From: a candidate division WOR-3 bacterium
GTDB lineage: Bacteria > Hydrothermota > Tepidihabitantia > Tepidihabitantales > Tepidihabitantaceae
Assembly (NCBI GenBank): GCA_965649295.1
Contig: CBFGKH010000003.1
Location: 190,615 to 254,614 of the forward strand
Length of the DNA: 64,000 bases
Reading direction: 5' to 3'
Shown in pieces: positions 9,382-19,858 of this stretch. How positions within the stretch are numbered: the stretch's first letter is position 1; every line of letters begins with the position of its first letter. The notes under the pieces were generated by a model, which saw nothing but the letters and a program-made list of their open reading frames with translations, did not search any database and was not told where the DNA came from. The translations under genes were made by a program, and so were the position numbers.

Positions 9382-9649
9382 GGTCTCCGGAACCTACTAT
9401 TAAACTGCCCTCCAAGGCATCGCTGTTGCTGTCTCGGGCTTGGCTGGTGAGGCTGCCTGCCAACCCCTCTCGCCGTCTGCCTAAGACCGAGCTCTGCCAG
9501 CCCTTCTCAATTGGGCCTGTGGAAAAGCTGCTGACTCTCCCTAACAGAAGACCCTAGCCACCCCTTCGGCCCGCGCTACCGAGTCTCACTGCCAAGCGGT
9601 CTGTGATATCCCTTCCGTAAGGCCTGACTAAGGTGCTGGGCAAACCTGC

Positions 9650-11575
9650 TCAGTCGAGCCTGACCACCTTGGCCCTAGCAACCCGACGCCCGTCCGTGGC
9701 AGCCACAAAGTAAACGCCAGGACCTACCTGTCGCCCGTGCCCGTCGCAACCATCCCAGAAGAACGTTAGACCGTCTGCTGCCAATTGATTGGATGCCAGC
9801 GAACGAATTAGCCGGCCGCTTCTATCAAACACTGAGATACGCGACCGGCCAAGACCGAACCCGGCTGCCGTAATCGCAAGCCTGCCACGAAAAGGAGCCG
9901 GTGTGCAGATGAGCTCTGGCTGTTCCCCGCTACTTGCAGTCGGTTCAGCCTGACCGGTCTGGGACGGCTGCCGAAACGCAACTGCCCGGCCCGGTGCAAC
10001 CGGTGCCGCAGTGGCTGGGTAGTTGTCATTGAAACAGTATTGAATCGCACTGGCGCAGTCAAGGTCCTGGATGCCGACGGTTGACGAATAGAAACCGGCA
10101 CCAGTCAGATATTGAAGAAGAATAGTATTGTCCTCGGTAGGCCGGCACCACGACCGGCCATAGATTACAATCTCGAACTTGTCTGGCGGATAGGGATTGG
10201 CGTAGTAGCCAACTGAGTCCCATTCGATGACCAACCAGTCGAACAAGGAATCGTAGTGCCACCAGACGCCGTTGCCTGTGGCAGGATAGAGGTCGTCCCA
10301 ATTCACGGCAATGAGGCCAGGTGGCATTGCTACATTCGGCAGCGGAGTATTGGCATAGGCGCTATTGGTCGTCGCGCCCGGTGCGACCCAGCCATTCGAG
10401 CAGATGGCGAGTCGGTCGAAAAAGGTGCCATAGCGCCGGAACCCAAAACCCGGCGGCAGATTGACAACTACGGTCTGGTCGTCAGCTAGGACAAGCCGCG
10501 TGCCCAGGCCATTGACCTCTATCCAATTGAAGCTCGGTGCCTCGGCAGCAAAATCGCCGTCGTCATAGGCATACTCGTTGTGCCGATTCGGCCCAGTTGG
10601 AAAGGAGACGCTATCGCCAATCGGTACCCGAATGTGCAGAGTCTCGACCACGACCAGTGACCCGAACAGGGTAATGTCGAAAACTGCGGTATCACCCGGC
10701 CAGGGAAAGTAGTAGCTGGCCCTTACCCGGAACCGATTGCCGTAGTTGGCCGCGGTCCCAGCCGGTGCGAGCGTGCCCCAGGCTCCGAGACTATCAAGCA
10801 CCTGACAACGGGGATGGCCGGTCCTCATTTCGCCGACAACAGCGACAAGGTTCGGACCGGTGTTGCGCAGCCCGAGCACGATGTCAGCCGCCTCGCCCGG
10901 GTCGAGCACGCCGTTGCGGCCGTCGTCAATCAATACCCACTCGCACTCGAGGTCGCGGCCAAGCGTATCAAAGAGACTGATGTCGTCAGCATAGGCCCAG
11001 GCCTCGCTGTGCTGCCTAGCGGTCGCCTCGCCGCTGGCGACCACGCCAACACTAATCGAACGAATCTGGGCACGGTTCACTTCAGGCAGGCTGTCGAGCT
11101 CGGTATTGATGGCCAGCACCCAGGAATCCCACCTCGCCGGAGCCGGAATGATGTGCAGCGCCGGGTTACTCCGCCACGGACAGCGCTGGGACAGGTTGGC
11201 AATTCGGGTCTCGCCCAGCACCGCGCCAGTTGAATCCCGGTAGGACAGAACGATTGCCGCTGCTGCCCATGCGCCCGGCGCGGTATCGAGTTCCCTTGCC
11301 CACAGGCTGGCACGGCACGAGAAATAGAGGTCGGTGCCGGTGACGGAGAGATTCTGTTCGAGCTTGGTGATTCCGCCATCATAGCGGTAGGCCAATAGCT
11401 CATAGTCAGGGTCGCGGACATAGCGCCGGCTGCGGCTGACTCTCCCCTGACCCGGACCGCCAATCGTGACTGTCCAGCCCGAATCAGTCCCTAGCTCGAA
11501 TCCGCCATTCTGCACCAGTTCAGTGGCAACGCTAACTGCCACCCCCAACATGAACGCAAGCAGAAACCGCAGCAT
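9650..11575 (-). CDS. Secreted protein: CBM-like jelly-roll + NGVLDPGE Ig-like + nidogen-like domain + FlgD-like CTD
   Basis: Signal peptide, ELVQNGGFE start, ICSNGW and WDDL motifs, WDGCDGHGRQVGPGVYF CTD. Paralog of the N-terminal third of 58043-63040. Confidence 0.85.
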   Translation of the reverse strand: MLRFLLAFMLGVAVSVATELVQNGGFELGTDSGWTVTIGGPGQGRVSRSRRYVRDPDYELLAYRYDGGITKLEQNLSVTGTDLYFSCRASLWARELDTAPGAWAAAAIVLSYRDSTGAVLGETRIANLSQRCPWRSNPALHIIPAPARWDSWVLAINTELDSLPEVNRAQIRSISVGVVASGEATARQHSEAWAYADDISLFDTLGRDLECEWVLIDDGRNGVLDPGEAADIVLGLRNTGPNLVAVVGEMRTGHPRCQVLDSLGAWGTLAPAGTAANYGNRFRVRASYYFPWPGDTAVFDITLFGSLVVVETLHIRVPIGDSVSFPTGPNRHNEYAYDDGDFAAEAPSFNWIEVNGLGTRLVLADDQTVVVNLPPGFGFRRYGTFFDRLAICSNGWVAPGATTNSAYANTPLPNVAMPPGLIAVNWDDLYPATGNGVWWHYDSLFDWLVIEWDSVGYYANPYPPDKFEIVIYGRSWCRPTEDNTILLQYLTGAGFYSSTVGIQDLDCASAIQYCFNDNYPATAAPVAPGRAVAFRQPSQTGQAEPTASSGEQPELICTPAPFRGRLAITAAGFGLGRSRISVFDRSGRLIRSLASNQLAADGLTFFWDGCDGHGRQVGPGVYFVAATDGRRVARAKVVRLD

Positions 11576-11584
11576 GACTAAGAC

Positions 11585-11658
11585 ATTCTATTACCCGCCC
11601 TGTCACTGTCAAAAACACTGACTGCCGGTTTGACGGGTTCGCACCGTGCCGCTACAAT
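11585..11658. promoter_or_regulatory. Back-to-back promoters
   Basis: Minus strand: TTGACA(11612-11607)-16-TAGAAT-9 nt-ATG. Plus strand: TTGACG(11630)-17-TACAAT-10 nt-ATG. Confidence 0.7.
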
Positions 11659-11668
11659 CAGGCCGCTG

Positions 11669-13054
11669 ATGAAGCTCTACGACACCCTATCCCGCCAGAA
11701 GACTGAGTTTGTGCCGCTGCGGCCTGGCCGCGTTGGCATCTACACCTGTGGCCCAACAGTCTATATGTACGCCCATATCGGCAACTTCCGCGCCTACGTC
11801 TTCAGCGACACCCTCCGTCGTGTCCTTGAGTATCTTGGCTACCAGGTTGAGCACGTGATGAACATCACCGACGTCGGTCATCTCACGAGCGACGGGGACA
11901 CCGGTGAGGACAAACTCGAAAAGGGGGCGCGCGCCAGCGGCCGCACCCCTGAGGAGATTGCCCGTTTCTACGAGGCCGCGTTCTGGCAGGACGCGGACAG
12001 ATTGAACATCCTGCGGCCAACTCGGGTCTGCCGGGCCACCGAGCACATCAGCGACATGATTGAACTCATCAAGCGCATCGAGGCCAACGGTTTTGCCTAC
12101 AAGACGAGTGTCGGCCTGATATTCGACACCGGCAAGTACCCCGACTACGCCCGCCTGGCGCGCCTCAATCTGGCTGAGCAACAGGCCGGTGCCCGGGTCG
12201 CAGTCGACCCAGAACGCCGCAACCCAGCCGACTTTGCTCTCTGGATTACTAACCAGCCGAATCACCTGATGCAATGGGACTCGCCCTGGGGTCGGGGTTT
12301 TCCTGGCTGGCATATCGAGTGCTCGGCGATGTCAATCAAGTATCTCGGTGAGGAGTTCGACATTCACACCGGTGGCATTGACCACGTGCCGGTCCACCAC
12401 ACCAACGAACGTGCCCAGAACTTCGCTGCCACCGGCAAGGAAGTGGTCCGACGCTGGATGCACAACGCCTTTCTCACTATTGGCGATGCCCGGATGGGTA
12501 AGTCCGAAGGCAACCTTATCACCCTTTCCGAACTGGCTGAACGCGGGTTCTCACCTGCCGCTTTTCGCTACCTCTGCCACACCGCGCTCTACCGAATGCC
12601 ACTCAGCTATACTGTTGAGTCAATTACCAGCGCCCGCAATTCGCTGGCTGGCCTAGTTGAGTTCGGCCGCAACGCCCAAACCTGGCCAACCAAGGATACT
12701 GATTGGACCAGTGGCTATCGCACCGAGTTCGAAGCCGCGATTGCCGATGACCTGAACATTCCCCAGGCTCTGGCCACAGTCTGGAGCGTGGTGAAAGAAG
12801 GCAACAAGCGCCAGGATCGTGCTGCTTGGCAGACACTACTCGACTTTGACCGAGTGCTCGGGCTTGGGCTGGACCGGCTGGTTGCTGGCCAAGCTGAAGT
12901 GCCAAGCGAGGTAGTCGAGCTGGCCAGACAGCGCGAAGCCGCTCGCCAGACCAAGAACTGGCCTGAGTCCGACCGCCTCCGCCAACTGATTGCCGAAAAA
13001 GGCTTTCTTGTCGAGGACACGCCCCAGGGCTTTCGACTGAAACCGCGTCCTTGA
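11669..13054 (+). CDS. cysS: Cysteine--tRNA ligase
   Basis: [25 protein letters not shown] motifs. Start moved to ATG 11669 because the TTG at 11630 is the -35 box. Confidence 0.97.
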   Translation: MKLYDTLSRQKTEFVPLRPGRVGIYTCGPTVYMYAHIGNFRAYVFSDTLRRVLEYLGYQVEHVMNITDVGHLTSDGDTGEDKLEKGARASGRTPEEIARFYEAAFWQDADRLNILRPTRVCRATEHISDMIELIKRIEANGFAYKTSVGLIFDTGKYPDYARLARLNLAEQQAGARVAVDPERRNPADFALWITNQPNHLMQWDSPWGRGFPGWHIECSAMSIKYLGEEFDIHTGGIDHVPVHHTNERAQNFAATGKEVVRRWMHNAFLTIGDARMGKSEGNLITLSELAERGFSPAAFRYLCHTALYRMPLSYTVESITSARNSLAGLVEFGRNAQTWPTKDTDWTSGYRTEFEAAIADDLNIPQALATVWSVVKEGNKRQDRAAWQTLLDFDRVLGLGLDRLVAGQAEVPSEVVELARQREAARQTKNWPESDRLRQLIAEKGFLVEDTPQGFRLKPRP

Positions 13055-13163
13055 CTCCAACCCCCAGTTTCGTATCATTTGCCCAGTCAGGTTCAGGAAG
13101 CGTCCGGTAAACGCTGAGGGCCGTTGGCCTGTCAGCATTCCGGAACGCTTGGAGCCTTGTCAC

Positions 13164-13236
<73 letters not shown>

Positions 13237-13243
13237 TTCTCCC

Positions 13244-14119
13244 ATGACCAGAACTCAGACCATTATCCTCGTCAGTGTTGCCATCGGCCTTGTCCTCATC
13301 CTCTCGGTTATCATTGGTCTCATCACTGTCAGCCGTCTCTTGGGCGACGGGCTTCAGTTCGGCCGGGGCCTTGGCTACCTTGAGGTTGAAGGCACCATCG
13401 TTGCCGCCGACGACATCGTTGATGACCTAAAAGAACTCGCTGCCAACCCAGCGGTCAAGGGAATCCTGATTCGGGTCAATAGTCCGGGCGGCGTCGTAAC
13501 GCCCTCCCACGAAATCTACTCGGAAATCCGACGTATCCGCGACGAGGGCACACCGGTAATCGTGGCGATGGGTTCACTGGCTGCCTCTGGCGGTTACTAC
13601 ATCGCCGCACCGGCCAACCTGATTATCGCTAACCCCCAGACCTTAACTGGCTCGATTGGCGTGATTATGGAGTTTCCTGAGGTCACCGGCGCAATGCAGA
13701 AACTTGGGCTCAAGGTTGAGGTCGTCAAATCGTCTGCCCACAAAGACATCGGCTCACCGTTCCGGCCGATGACTGATTCCGACCGGACTCTGCTCCAGTC
13801 AGTCGTCAACGACGCCTACGAGCAGTTCGTCACGATTGTCAGCACTGAACGGAAGATACCCGAGGACTCGGTTCGCAAGTTTGCCGATGGCCGGATTCTG
13901 ACCGGCCGCCAGGCCTTAGCTTTTGGCCTTGTTGATACGCTTGCGACATTCGAAGAAGCCAAGCTGATTGCTGCCGAGTACTGTGGAATCAAAGGCGAGC
14001 CACGCCTGATCAAGCCGGCCCGCAAACTTCGCTTCTGGCTTCGGCGACTGCTGGAAGAAACTTCGAGTCGGTTGCTGGGTGGGTTGCGCTCTCCCCGCCT
14101 CAGCTACCTCTGCTACTGA
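13244..14119 (+). CDS. sppA: Signal peptide peptidase SppA, 36K type (S49)
   Basis: NSPGG, AASGGYYIA and TGSIGV motifs; N-terminal TM helix. Confidence 0.93.
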   Translation: MTRTQTIILVSVAIGLVLILSVIIGLITVSRLLGDGLQFGRGLGYLEVEGTIVAADDIVDDLKELAANPAVKGILIRVNSPGGVVTPSHEIYSEIRRIRDEGTPVIVAMGSLAASGGYYIAAPANLIIANPQTLTGSIGVIMEFPEVTGAMQKLGLKVEVVKSSAHKDIGSPFRPMTDSDRTLLQSVVNDAYEQFVTIVSTERKIPEDSVRKFADGRILTGRQALAFGLVDTLATFEEAKLIAAEYCGIKGEPRLIKPARKLRFWLRRLLEETSSRLLGGLRSPRLSYLCY

Positions 14120-14134
14120 CCAGGCTAGCTCTGG

Positions 14135-14512
14135 TCACAGTCCGGTCGGCGCTGGCCGTCCCTTGACCGCCACTTCAACCTGGCGCCGCGCCCGCCGCAG
14201 CAACTGTTTCGCTTCGCGCAGACTGGCCTCGGCCGGACCAAGCTCAGTCGCCGAGCTGATTTGACCAAGTCGGGCCCGGACATCGGCGAGTAACTGACCG
14301 GCCTCAACCGCACCTGGCGCGTTCGGGACTGCTCGAGCCAGCTTCTTCTCCAAACGCTCAACCTGCCGCAACGATTGCACCGCGTCAGCCCGAATCGTCT
14401 CAATCGTCACCGTCCGGACCGGAACCGGCCGACTGCGCGGCGAAAAAATGAAAACCAGACCGGCAATAACAATAATCGCCACTAACGACCAGACAATGAT
14501 TCGGGTTTTCAA
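14135..14512 (-). CDS. Small membrane-anchored helical protein
   Basis: GAGGAGG SD plus TTG start, N-terminal TM, coiled-coil-like body, own TTGACG/TATACT promoter. Confidence 0.75.
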   Translation of the reverse strand: MKTRIIVWSLVAIIVIAGLVFIFSPRSRPVPVRTVTIETIRADAVQSLRQVERLEKKLARAVPNAPGAVEAGQLLADVRARLGQISSATELGPAEASLREAKQLLRRARRQVEVAVKGRPAPTGL

Positions 14513-14593
14513 CCGAACCTCCTCAAAGAAAAGAAACCGTTGCTCACGCGGTCAGTATAGCCGGGCTCAAGGCCCCGTCAACACCAAACCGAT

Positions 14594-14621
14594 GCCGGCC
14601 CGGTAGTCGTACCGGGCCGGC
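14594..14621. terminator. GC-rich hairpin, probable terminator
   Basis: gccggcccggta-gtcg-taccgggccggc, a 12-bp perfect stem downstream of 14645-15016. Confidence 0.6.
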
Positions 14622-14644
14622 CGGAATACAGTTAGCTTCGCAAC

Positions 14645-15016
14645 TCACTCTTCGTCGCCACCGCGGCCGGTCGCCTCCCGCAAGAGCCTCTTGGCCTCAC
14701 GCATCGCCGTGTTGACTTCCTCCATCTTCTGCTTTGACTGAGCAGCCGGTGCATCAGTCATGCCCTGCAGTTCCTGCAAAGCGGTCCTGGCCTTGTTAAT
14801 CTCGTCGGTAATCTTCTGGGCAACATCAGGTGCGAGTCCAGCCTTACTGACCCTCGTTTCAAGCTTGTCCAGCCGCGGGCCGGTGACCTCAACAAACCGC
14901 GACGCATCCAACGGCTTGCCTTCTTTGGGTCGAGTTATCAGCAGTATGGCGGCCACGACAACCAGCACGCCCACTATAACCCAGATTACCACCCGGCTCT
15001 TGCTACCTTGTGCCAT
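14645..15016 (-). CDS. Small membrane-anchored helical protein, paralog of 14135-14512
   Basis: AAGGAGGAG SD. KSRVVIW/KTRIIVW TM start and REAKRLLR/REAKQLLR are shared. Confidence 0.8.
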   Translation of the reverse strand: MAQGSKSRVVIWVIVGVLVVVAAILLITRPKEGKPLDASRFVEVTGPRLDKLETRVSKAGLAPDVAQKITDEINKARTALQELQGMTDAPAAQSKQKMEEVNTAMREAKRLLREATGRGGDEE

Positions 15017-15100
15017 TGCTCCTCCTTTGTGAGCTCTTGCCGGACCGTCGCGCCGGGCGGCGTGTCGGTCCGGGTTCGTTTTCTCGCTGCGACCGAGTCT

Positions 15101-18091
15101 TCACTCGGCCACATTCTTACCACAACAACGTTTATATTTCTTGCCCGATCCACACGGGCAAGGGTCGTTTCTACCCACCTTCGGCGCGTCACGCCGAGCC
15201 GGTACAACCGTCGGCGCCGCTGTTTCGGCTTCCTCGGTAGCACCGGCGTCCGGCTTGTAGGCCCGCACCGCTGCTCGAGTAGTTGGTTTTGGTCGCCGGT
15301 CATCAGCCTGGACCTGGGCGCGAAACAACACCGTCAGCGCCTCGCGATAGAGGTCGCCAAGCATCTCATCGAACATCCGGAAAGACTCCTGCTTATATTC
15401 AATCAAGGGGTCTTTCTGGCCATACGCCCGCAGACCGATGCCCTCCCGCAGCAGGTCAAGCGAATAGAGATGGTCCCGCCACTTACTGTCAATCGTCCGC
15501 AGAAAGACATAGCGGGCCACATCCCGAAACAACTCGGCGCCCAGCTCCTCCTGGCGCTCATCATAGCGACGAGCGGCAATGTCTGTCAACATCTGACGCA
15601 GGCTCGCGGCCGTTACCCGCTGCCGTTCCTCCTCCCCTAGCGAAAGGTCGGCAAGCAAAGTCACCCCTAGCTCGGCACGCAGCCCTTCCCAGTCCCACTC
15701 CGCCGGATACTTGGAATTGGCGCTGATTCTGGCCACCAGCCGCTCTGCCAATCCGGCTGCCATTTCCTCAAAAACCGGCCGCAGGTCCGCCTCACGCAGC
15801 ACCGTATCCCGCATCGTGTAGATAACATCACGCTGTCGGTTCATCACATCATCGTATTCCAGTAGATGGCGCCGAATCTCAGCATTCCGAATCTCCACCC
15901 GCCTCTGGGCTCCTTCCAGCGCCCGCGTGACCAGCGGATGCTCAATCGGCTCATCCTCCTTGGCGCCAAACCGGTCCATGATTGCCGCCACTCGCTCGGA
16001 ACCGAACAGCCGCATCAGGTCGTCCTCCAGCGAAAGGTAGAAGCGTGACGAACCCGGGTCACCCTGACGACCGGCACGACCCCGCAACTGATTGTCAATC
16101 CGCCGAGCCTCGTGTCGTTCGGTGCCGATGATATGGAGTCCACAGGGCACCTCGGCAAGGCAGCGTCCCGGCTGCTCTTCCCAGTAGGCGCAAGGACGCC
16201 CACTGGGTTTGACAAGGTAGCAGCCCTCCCCCTTGACCACACCCGGCCCCAGCTTGATATCGGTACCGCGGCCGGCCATGTTCGTCGCGATTGTCACTGC
16301 ACCGGCCTGACCGGCCTTGGCCACAATCTCGGCCTCCCGTTGATGCTGCTTGGCATTTAGCACCTCATGGTTGATGCCCCGACGCCGTAACATGCGCGAG
16401 ATAACTTCTGATACTTCAACCGACGTTGTGCCGACCAGCACCGGCCGGCCGAGCTTGTGCCATTTCTCGATCTCATTGAGCACAGCGTCATATTTGGCCG
16501 CTCTCGTCTTGTAAACCACATCGGAGTAGTCAATACGACGCACCGGCTCATTAGTCGGAATCGTGACTACGTCCAGCTTGTAAGTACGGTAAAACTCGTC
16601 AGCCGAAGTCAGAGCTGTACCAGTCATCCCAGCCAGCTTGTGATACATCCGGAAGTAATTCTGCAGCGTGATGGTTGCAAACGTTTGGGTTTCGCCTTGA
16701 ACCACAACGTTCTCTTTCGCCTCCAGCGCTGAATGCAATCCGTCGGAGAAACGTCGTCCCGGCATCAGTCGGCCGGTGAACTCATCCACGATAATCACCT
16801 TGCCGTCCTGAATCACGTAGTCCACGTCTTTCTCAAAAAGCGAGAACGCCTTGAGCAGGGCATGAAAGCTATGCAGCATGTCGCTTTTCTGGGCATAGCG
16901 CAGGTAGGCTTGCTCGCGTTTGTGCGCCTTCTCTCGCGGCGAGAGAGTCTCGTCTTTGTCAATTCGACCAAGCTCCTCGCTCAGGTCAGGCAGAATAAAA
17001 GCATTAGGGTCATTGGGCGCCAGTTCCTGCCGGCCTTTCTCCGAAAGATTGATCGAGTGGTCCCGTTCGTCAATCACGAAGTAGAGACTCTCATCAATCT
17101 CCGGGAACCGCTTGTCACGAATAAAGCTGAGTTCGGTTGAGTCAACGAGCTTCTTTACCCCCTCCTGGCGCTCCACCTTAACCAGCCGCTTGTTCTTGGG
17201 TGAACCACGCCGGGCCTGCAGCAGTTTTACTGCCGCCTCCGCTTGTTTACCCTCAGCCAGCAGCTTTTCCGCCTCATCAACCAGCCGGTTCACCAGCAGC
17301 TGCTGCTGGTTGAAAAGCCGCCGCACCAGCGGTGTCAGCCGCTCGTAGCCCTTGTCCTGGGTTTCAACCGGACCTGAGATAATCAGTGGTGTTCGGGCCT
17401 CGTCAATCAGGATTGAGTCAACCTCATCAACAATCGCATAGTGGTGTCCGCGCTGTACCTTGTCCTCCCAGCGACCGACCATGTTGTCGCGCAGGTAATC
17501 GAATCCGAACTCATTATTCGTACCGTAGGTGACGTCTGCCGCATACTGAGGCTTGCGCTCTTCCGGCTCCATCCCCTGCTGAATACAGCCTACCGTCAGG
17601 CCCAGTTGTTCAAGTACCGGCCCCATCCACTCCCGGTCGCGCCGGGCCAAGTAGTCATTGACTGTTACTAGATGGGCACCCTTCTTCTGCAGCGCGTTCA
17701 GATAGAGCGGCATCGTCGCCACCAGTGTTTTGCCTTCACCGGTTCGCATCTCCGCAATCTTGCCCTCGTGTAGCACCACACCGCCGATTAGCTGTACGTC
17801 GAAAGGCACCATCTGCCATTCCTGCATCGTGTCCACTACCGGCCAGCTCTTGCCCACCAGCAGCTTGCAGGAGAGCTTCACCAGCGCAAACGCCTCTGGC
17901 ACGAGGTCGTCAAGTGACTCACCATCAGCCACTCGCTTCACTAGCTCTTCGGTCTTCTTTGGCAGGTCACTGGCCGACAGCCCAGCGAGCGAATCATACG
18001 TCCGGTTGATATCGGCGACAACCTGCCAGAGCCGCTTTAGTTCGCGGTCGTTATTGGTGCCAAACAGTGCGCCCAGTATCTTATCGAGCAT
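15101..18091 (-). CDS. secA: Preprotein translocase ATPase SecA
   Basis: [38 protein letters not shown]-terminal [17 protein letters not shown]. Start ATG 18091; the TTG at 18136 is a TTGACA box. Confidence 0.98.
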   Translation of the reverse strand: MLDKILGALFGTNNDRELKRLWQVVADINRTYDSLAGLSASDLPKKTEELVKRVADGESLDDLVPEAFALVKLSCKLLVGKSWPVVDTMQEWQMVPFDVQLIGGVVLHEGKIAEMRTGEGKTLVATMPLYLNALQKKGAHLVTVNDYLARRDREWMGPVLEQLGLTVGCIQQGMEPEERKPQYAADVTYGTNNEFGFDYLRDNMVGRWEDKVQRGHHYAIVDEVDSILIDEARTPLIISGPVETQDKGYERLTPLVRRLFNQQQLLVNRLVDEAEKLLAEGKQAEAAVKLLQARRGSPKNKRLVKVERQEGVKKLVDSTELSFIRDKRFPEIDESLYFVIDERDHSINLSEKGRQELAPNDPNAFILPDLSEELGRIDKDETLSPREKAHKREQAYLRYAQKSDMLHSFHALLKAFSLFEKDVDYVIQDGKVIIVDEFTGRLMPGRRFSDGLHSALEAKENVVVQGETQTFATITLQNYFRMYHKLAGMTGTALTSADEFYRTYKLDVVTIPTNEPVRRIDYSDVVYKTRAAKYDAVLNEIEKWHKLGRPVLVGTTSVEVSEVISRMLRRRGINHEVLNAKQHQREAEIVAKAGQAGAVTIATNMAGRGTDIKLGPGVVKGEGCYLVKPSGRPCAYWEEQPGRCLAEVPCGLHIIGTERHEARRIDNQLRGRAGRQGDPGSSRFYLSLEDDLMRLFGSERVAAIMDRFGAKEDEPIEHPLVTRALEGAQRRVEIRNAEIRRHLLEYDDVMNRQRDVIYTMRDTVLREADLRPVFEEMAAGLAERLVARISANSKYPAEWDWEGLRAELGVTLLADLSLGEEERQRVTAASLRQMLTDIAARRYDERQEELGAELFRDVARYVFLRTIDSKWRDHLYSLDLLREGIGLRAYGQKDPLIEYKQESFRMFDEMLGDLYREALTVLFRAQVQADDRRPKPTTRAAVRAYKPDAGATEEAETAAPTVVPARRDAPKVGRNDPCPCGSGKKYKRCCGKNVAE

Positions 18092-18181
18092 CGCTTTGAA
18101 AGATGATGATTCTAGTCTTCGCCAGAAGACTGTCAAGGAACCGTCAGAAAGACAAGGACTTGGGTGAGGAGGCGATTCTAT

Positions 18182-18209
18182 TTGACAGAACTGTTAGTTT
18201 TGATATAAT
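18182..18209 (+). promoter_or_regulatory. Consensus promoter
   Basis: TTGACA-16 nt-TATAAT with extended -10 TG. Confidence 0.8.
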
Positions 18210-18215
18210 CTCTTA

Positions 18216-18360
18216 CGAATTGGAACGGACTGAACGCGGTGCGTTCCCAGAAATTGGTTCTTTACACAGAGTGAGTGGCGACCTGCTGCCACTCGGCAGG
18301 AGTGAGAGGCGGCTTCTAGCTGCTGAAACCCGGGGAGGTCCCCGGGTTTCGCTTTCTCTT
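18216..18360 (+). ncRNA. Candidate small structured RNA or attenuated leader
   Basis: Lies between a consensus promoter and an intrinsic terminator. Contains three hairpins; no family recognised. Confidence 0.45.
18325..18360 (+). terminator. Intrinsic terminator
   Basis: gaaacccgggga-gg-tccccgggtttc followed by gctttctctt. Confidence 0.75.
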
Positions 18361-18393
18361 CCCTGACTTGTTTGTGCCGGCTATAATTGCCTG

Positions 18394-19725
18394 ATGCCGC
18401 GGCTCAAACATCCTACAACCCCAGCGCCTCCGGTGATCACGGAACTTGGTGACTCGCCGCTTGCCGACCGAATCCGGCCGACAACTCTCGACGAAATAGT
18501 CGGCCAGGCCCACCTGCTTGGCAAGGGCAAACCCTTCCGCCGGATGATTGAACGCGGCGAGCCTCACTCGATGATCCTCTGGGGACCACCTGGCTCTGGC
18601 AAGACCACGCTAGCCCTTGCCATTGCCCGCTACACTCAGGCTCGGTTCGTCCAACTCTCGGCAGTGACATCCTCAATCGCTGATGTCAGAGATGTAGTAA
18701 AACAGGCGGAGTTCGAGCGGAAAGCCCACAATCGCCGAACCATTCTCTTCATTGATGAAATCCACCGCTTCAACAAAGCCCAGCAAGATGCATTTCTGCC
18801 GCACGTCGAATCCGGCCGCATCATCCTCATCGGCGCAACGACCGAGAATCCGTCCTTCGAGGTCATTGCCCCTCTCCTATCTCGTTGCCGTGTCTATGTG
18901 CTCGAACCGCTTGCCCCGGACGACATCAAAACCCTGCTCAACCGGGCACTCAGAAGTGGAACCGGTCTTGGCCCTGCCGAGTGTCGTATTACTGCTGACG
19001 CGCTCGATTATATCGTCATGGTGGCTCAAGGTGATGCCCGTTCCGCACTGACCGCACTCGAACTGGCCGTCAGCAGTCCCGAACCCGACCCTAGGGGCCG
19101 AAGAACAGTCACCTCCCAACTCGTCAAAGACGTCATCCAACGCAAGTTCTTGCTCTACGACAAGTCGGGTGAACAACACTTCAACCTAATATCGGCGCTA
19201 CACAAATCACTGCGCGACTCTGACCCGGATGGTGCCCTCTACTGGCTGGCACGAATGCTCGAAGCCGGCGAAGACCCGCTCTACATCGCCCGCCGGTTGG
19301 TCCGCTTCGCCTCCGAGGACATCGGTCTTGCCAGTCCCAACGCGCTTGTCATCGCCAACGCTGCCCGTGAGGCCTGCGAGTTCATCGGCATGCCTGAAGG
19401 TAACACTGCACTTGCCCAGGCTGTCATCTATCTTGCGCTCGCGCCGAAATCTAACAGTGTCTATGTCGCCTACACCGCAGCCAAGGAAGATGCGCTCAAC
19501 ACTGTTACCGAACCGGTACCACTTCACCTCCGCAACGCACCCACCACCCTAATGAAACGTCTCGACTACGGTAAAGGCTACAAGTATGCCCACGATTTCG
19601 AAGGCGCGATCGTGGACCAGGAGCACTTGCCAGAAGCGCTCAGAGGCCGTAGGTATTACCAGCCGACCGACCGCGGTTTCGAGGCGGAACTGCGCAAGCG
19701 TCACAAGCCCGAGACCAAAGCATAG
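18394..19725 (+). CDS. rarA: Replication-associated recombination protein A (MgsA/RarA AAA+ ATPase)
   Basis: [50 protein letters not shown]. Confidence 0.96.
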   Translation: MPRLKHPTTPAPPVITELGDSPLADRIRPTTLDEIVGQAHLLGKGKPFRRMIERGEPHSMILWGPPGSGKTTLALAIARYTQARFVQLSAVTSSIADVRDVVKQAEFERKAHNRRTILFIDEIHRFNKAQQDAFLPHVESGRIILIGATTENPSFEVIAPLLSRCRVYVLEPLAPDDIKTLLNRALRSGTGLGPAECRITADALDYIVMVAQGDARSALTALELAVSSPEPDPRGRRTVTSQLVKDVIQRKFLLYDKSGEQHFNLISALHKSLRDSDPDGALYWLARMLEAGEDPLYIARRLVRFASEDIGLASPNALVIANAAREACEFIGMPEGNTALAQAVIYLALAPKSNSVYVAYTAAKEDALNTVTEPVPLHLRNAPTTLMKRLDYGKGYKYAHDFEGAIVDQEHLPEALRGRRYYQPTDRGFEAELRKRHKPETKA

Positions 19726-19803
19726 CCCCGGCTAGACCAGCAACAACGGTTGCGAACCTAGCCGTCAATTACCCCAGGTCGCTGTCCCCAAGGCAACAGA
19801 AAA

Positions 19804-19838
19804 GCACACAGCAGCCGGTGTTCCCAGCTGCTGTGTGC
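19804..19838 (-). terminator. Intrinsic terminator
   Basis: 12-bp stem gcacacagcagc/gctgctgtgtgc, followed by TTTTCTGTT on the minus strand. Confidence 0.7.
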
Positions 19839-19858
19839 GGAACTCGCTATTCCAGGCG

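Noticed and set aside
9314..9403. Read-through of the TGA ending 6215-9316
   Set aside because: It would add only ~28 residues overlapping the dispersed repeat, with no CTD.
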